A stretch of DNA of 64,000 bases from Myxococcota bacterium (lineage in GTDB: Bacteria > Myxococcota_A > Polyangia > Polyangiales > Houyiibacteriaceae): positions 128,001 to 192,000 of the forward strand of contig JBCCEA010000002.1 of NCBI GenBank assembly GCA_039030515.1, in the 5' to 3' direction. A model generated the notes under the pieces. It saw nothing but the letters and a program-made list of their open reading frames with translations. It did no database searches and was not told the DNA's origin. Shown one piece after another: positions 60,359 through 64,000 of the stretch; positions within the stretch are counted from its first letter, which is position 1; every line of letters starts with the position of its first letter. Position numbers and translations under genes: made by a program.

Positions 60359-61195
60359 ATGCCTTTAAGATTAGACGCCATCGGCGCGACTACCGAACCT
60401 CTGGTTCACGAATACAGGGCTCGCGATACAATTTTGTATGCGCTTGGATGCGGTGCGAAACAGAGCGAGCTCGGCTATCTCTACGAGGGTATGGGGCCTC
60501 AGGTGCTGCCGACCTACGCCGTCGTGCCGGGTTTTGACGCTTGTTTCCGCTTGATGGATACACTTGGCGGGGATTTGACCGGGGTAGTGCACGGTGGACA
60601 GCGGGTAGAGTGGCATCATCCGGTTCCGCCCCAAGGTCGACTCTCGACCGTTGGGACCGTGGAAGGCCTATTCGACCTAAAGAGACTAGCCACCGCGGAC
60701 ATCAAGACCGAAACTCGTGATGATGCAGGAGTGCTTGTCGCTGAGACGCGCTGGCAGATTATTTTTCGACTCGACGGGGGCTTTGGCGGACCAAAACCAC
60801 CAAGGAAGCCGCGCATTCAATTGCCGGAGCGCAGTCCAGATTTTCGAGTTGAGGAAACAACCGCTCCAGAGCAAGCGCTTCTCTATCGCTTAAGTGGTGA
60901 CCACAACCCGCTGCACGCCGATCCAGAAGTGGCGCGCCTGGCCGGATTTGAAAAACCCATTCTGCATGGGCTTTGCACATATGGGTTTGTAGGGCGTGCC
61001 TTGATTCGAGAGGCCTGTAGCGGTGATCCCAGAAAGCTGCGCGCACTGGAGGGGCAATTTCGCGCACCGGTGTTTCCTGGCGACACTTTGGTGACAGAAG
61101 GCTGGGAAGTAGATAACCGATGGCTCATTCGCAGCACGACCAAAGAGCGACCTAATGAACACGCTTTTACCAATGCGTTCGCAGAATTGAGTTAG
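60359..61195 (+). CDS. MaoC-family (MFE-2 hydratase-2-like) enoyl-CoA hydratase
   Basis: ILYALG.G, VHG.Q, YRLSGD.NPLH.DP..A..AGF.KPILHGLCT. Confidence 0.92.
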   Translation: MPLRLDAIGATTEPLVHEYRARDTILYALGCGAKQSELGYLYEGMGPQVLPTYAVVPGFDACFRLMDTLGGDLTGVVHGGQRVEWHHPVPPQGRLSTVGTVEGLFDLKRLATADIKTETRDDAGVLVAETRWQIIFRLDGGFGGPKPPRKPRIQLPERSPDFRVEETTAPEQALLYRLSGDHNPLHADPEVARLAGFEKPILHGLCTYGFVGRALIREACSGDPRKLRALEGQFRAPVFPGDTLVTEGWEVDNRWLIRSTTKERPNEHAFTNAFAELS

Positions 61196-61409
61196 AGGTT
61201 CCAGCCTCTTAGGAAAACTAGTCTACAGCCTTAAAAGAGACTGAGTATCACAAGATCGTCTGAGTGAAAAAAATCTGCATCAGAGCGATGTGAACCCTGC
61301 ATCTTTATTTGGCCACAATGCCCGGCCCACTTGTTTTGCTGGGTTTTTCCGCTAGGACGTCGAGCGATCCTACACAGACACGGCCTAAGCCGTCCTCTTC
61401 GCAAGAAAC

Positions 61410-62609
61410 ATGTCTACCAATAAGGTCAACAAAGAAGTTTGGATCATAGGCGCGAAAAGAACCCCTTTTGGCGCCTTAGGTGGTTGTCTGAAAAGCATCA
61501 GCGCAATCGACCTGGGTGTCGCTGCCTCCAAGGCATCAATCGCTCAAGCGGAAATTCGTGCAGAAGACGTAGACCAAACAGTGCTTGGGAACGTACAGCA
61601 AACCAGTCCCGACGCGATTTACGGCGGAAGACACGTGGCACTCAAAGCGGGAGTTCCTATCGACCGAACTGCGATCACGGTCAACCGCCTATGTGGTTCC
61701 GGTTTTCAAGCATTGATTACAGCTGCAGAGCAAATTTTACTTGGCGAGTCCAACTGCGTACTAGCGGCGGGCGCAGAAAACATGAGTCAGGCCCCACACG
61801 CCGTTTGGGGCCTCCGCGATGCGTCTAAACTCGGCAGACCTCCCCAGTTGGTGGATACGCTGTGGGAGTCGCTGACAGATAGCTATTGCAACACCTCGAT
61901 GGCGGTCACCGCGGAAAACGTGGCTGAGTACTATGAGATCACGCGGGAAGAATCCGACGCGTTCGCGCTGGAGTCTCAGCGACGCTGGGCCCGGGCCGAC
62001 CAAGCTGGCCAGTTCGACGAGCAAATCGTTCCTCTCGAAGTGAGGATGGGACGAAACACCGTAACCTTCGATAGGGACGAACACCCTCGACCGGAAACCA
62101 CCGGCGAAGCCCTAGCCCGTCTACCTGCACTCTTCAAAGAGGGGGGGATTGTTACCGCAGGAAACGCCTCCGGAATCAGCGACGGCGCGGCAGCTCTTGT
62201 CGTTGCAGACAGAGATTGGGCTGTGAAGCGGGGGCTTCGACCTTTGGCCAAGGTCGTGCAGTGGGGTGTCGTCGGCGTAGAACCCAAATTGATGGGAATT
62301 GGACCTGTGCCCGCAATTAGGAAAGTGTTGGACCGAGCGGGCAGGAAGCTTGCCGACGTGGATCTCTTCGACATCAACGAAGCATTCGCTTCTCAGTTTC
62401 TTGCAGTGCAAAAAGAGCTGGGTCTTTCGCGGGACAAAACCAACATTCGGGGAGGCGCTATTGCGCTCGGTCATCCCCTGGGCGCCACGGGAACCCGAAT
62501 CATCGCGGATCTCATCTACGCCTTGCGACAGACCGACAAGAGGATCGGAGTTGGCGCCGCGTGCATCGGCGGAGGCCAAGGGATCGCGGTGCTCATCGAG
62601 GGGTGCTGA
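61410..62609 (+). CDS. Acetyl-CoA C-acyltransferase (thiolase)
   Basis: RTPFG, NRLCGSG, TAGNASGISDGAA, NEAFA, GHPLGATG, CIGGGQG. Confidence 0.96.
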   Translation: MSTNKVNKEVWIIGAKRTPFGALGGCLKSISAIDLGVAASKASIAQAEIRAEDVDQTVLGNVQQTSPDAIYGGRHVALKAGVPIDRTAITVNRLCGSGFQALITAAEQILLGESNCVLAAGAENMSQAPHAVWGLRDASKLGRPPQLVDTLWESLTDSYCNTSMAVTAENVAEYYEITREESDAFALESQRRWARADQAGQFDEQIVPLEVRMGRNTVTFDRDEHPRPETTGEALARLPALFKEGGIVTAGNASGISDGAAALVVADRDWAVKRGLRPLAKVVQWGVVGVEPKLMGIGPVPAIRKVLDRAGRKLADVDLFDINEAFASQFLAVQKELGLSRDKTNIRGGAIALGHPLGATGTRIIADLIYALRQTDKRIGVGAACIGGGQGIAVLIEGC

Positions 62610-62657
62610 ACATTGAACCATGAAATCTCAGGCAGTGAGAGCACACGAAGCTGACCA

Positions 62658-64000
62658 ATGGACCCCTTCGATTCACCCTACAGAAACCGGCGTAGCTCCC
62701 GGAGAGAAAAAGTGAGCTTGCTCTTGGATTTCCTGGACGACTCTGCTTCCGGACTGAAGCGGTCCAGTCGATCGGAACGGCCTGATGACGTCGAGCGACC
62801 GGCTAGATCGAGCGAGTCGGATCGACCTGCGCGTTCGGATCGATCGGATGAGGTCGACAGAAACCAGCCGCTCACTCGCAGTCCACTTCGGAGTAGGACG
62901 CCGCGGCTGAGTCGATCGGCAGGTCCGTATCGGTCGACAGTGCTGGAAAGCCTTGAGCGTATTGGTGCAAAGAAATCTAGCGCAAGCAGTGCATCGTCCC
63001 CACCTGCGGAAGACCTCATATACGACTGGAACAACACCGAGCGACGGGGCTCTATCGTTCGACAGCGCACTTTTGAATTGCATGACGAAACCTTGCGAGA
63101 CGGGATTCAGAACCCCTCCGTGGTCGACCCGAGGATCGGCGACAAGATAGAGATTCTTCATCTTCTCGATGCGATGGGCGTATACAGCTCGGATGTAGGC
63201 CTACCGGGCGCTGGCGATCGGGCCTTCGAAGACGTGCTTAGACTTTGTCACGAAGTATCTCGTGAGCATTTGAAGATTAAGCCGACCTGTGCCGCGCGTA
63301 CGGTGATCAGCGATATTCGGCCTATCGTAGAAGTGAGCCAGCGAGCAGGTCTACCCGTAGAAGTGATGACCTTCATCGGCAGCTCGCCAATTCGACAGCT
63401 CGCCGAAAGCTGGTCACCCAAAAGCGTCGTCAAGCGCTCGATCGACGCCATCGACTTTGCGGTTCGAGAGGGCCTTCCCGTCACCTTTGTTACGGAGGAC
63501 ACCACTCGGAGCAAACCCGAACTTTTAGATCAGTTGTTTCGTGCCGCCATCGAACACGGAGCGACCCGTCTCTGCCTTTGTGACACGGTCGGTCACGCAA
63601 CCCCAGACGGGGTAAAAAACCTGCTGAGATTCGCCCGGCATATCGTCGAGGCTTCGGGTGAACAGGTGAAAATCGACTGGCACGGGCACAACGATCGTGG
63701 TCTCGGCCTCGCCAATTCGATCTTTGCCCTCGAAAGCGGTGCAGATCGCGTCCACGGAACGATTCTCGGGATCGGAGAGCGGGTGGGAAATGCTCCACTC
63801 GATTTGATCCTCATCAATCTCAAGTTGCTTGGTGAGATGCCAGACTGCGATCTTTCCGGACTTGCAGCCCTATGCCAACGGGTAAGCCGAGCGACCGCGT
63901 TTCCCATCGCGATCAACTATCCGGTAGTCGGCGAAGACGCATTCCGTACTGCAACTGGAGTGCATGCCGCGGCGATCGTCAAAGCGCGAGGCAAGGGAAA
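62658..64000 (+). CDS. LeuA-family (2-isopropylmalate synthase-like, DRE-TIM) protein, partial; runs off the window; start uncertain
   Basis: Absent from the ORF track because it has no stop in the window. My translation shows LIYDWN, DETLRDGIQ, EDTTR, CDTVGHATP, WHGHNDRGL, GIGERVGN, GVHAAAI; frame open from ATG 62658. Confidence 0.88.
   Translation, partial: MDPFDSPYRNRRSSRREKVSLLLDFLDDSASGLKRSSRSERPDDVERPARSSESDRPARSDRSDEVDRNQPLTRSPLRSRTPRLSRSAGPYRSTVLESLERIGAKKSSASSASSPPAEDLIYDWNNTERRGSIVRQRTFELHDETLRDGIQNPSVVDPRIGDKIEILHLLDAMGVYSSDVGLPGAGDRAFEDVLRLCHEVSREHLKIKPTCAARTVISDIRPIVEVSQRAGLPVEVMTFIGSSPIRQLAESWSPKSVVKRSIDAIDFAVREGLPVTFVTEDTTRSKPELLDQLFRAAIEHGATRLCLCDTVGHATPDGVKNLLRFARHIVEASGEQVKIDWHGHNDRGLGLANSIFALESGADRVHGTILGIGERVGNAPLDLILINLKLLGEMPDCDLSGLAALCQRVSRATAFPIAINYPVVGEDAFRTATGVHAAAIVKARGKG

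Overview
A 64-kb stretch of a GC-rich bacterial chromosome, most consistent with Myxococcota. The evidence is a Myxococcus-type LexA box before recA, a mevalonate cluster with type-2 IPP isomerase, Cys-rich lipoprotein and TSP3-repeat outer-membrane genes, and a myxobacterial-type LeuA-family gene. Most of the window is housekeeping: prs-rplY-pth-rpsF-rpsR-rplI-dnaB, cinA-recA-hisIE, an M16 peptidase pair-glmS-GT2-GT4, uvrA, leuB-like, PP2C, ggt/gshB, fadD, mevalonate genes, trkAH, lipA plus a 2-oxoacid dehydrogenase E1a/E1b/E2, maoC-thiolase-leuA-like. Two accessory regions stand out. (1) About 41.05-46.19 kb is a decaying island: an att-like left end, an intact AbiEi/AbiEii pair, an orphan AbiEi, an RxxxxH (HEPN-like) gene and several gene remnants. 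(2) About 54.3-60.3 kb is an AT-rich tandem array of three strongly diverged paralogous genes. Each encodes a basic N-terminus, a helical domain, 2-3 eukaryote-like IQ (calmodulin-binding) motifs, a Pro/Arg/Lys linker and a conserved ~115-aa C-terminal domain. The array contains a chimeric maoC'-'pdhC junction whose differences from the intact genes are mostly synonymous, suggesting a foreign allele of the same locus was captured. This array is the best candidate for an undescribed system: a putative host-calmodulin-interacting polymorphic effector locus. Other notable structure includes a 56-bp triplication that creates an AUGA mini-ORF relay between trkA and trkH, a G-U hairpin array built from inverted copies of the uvrA 3' end, a dispersed CCGTAC palindrome family marking a deletion, and many short tandem duplications at gene boundaries. 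All product calls come from motif recognition by eye; no searches were run.
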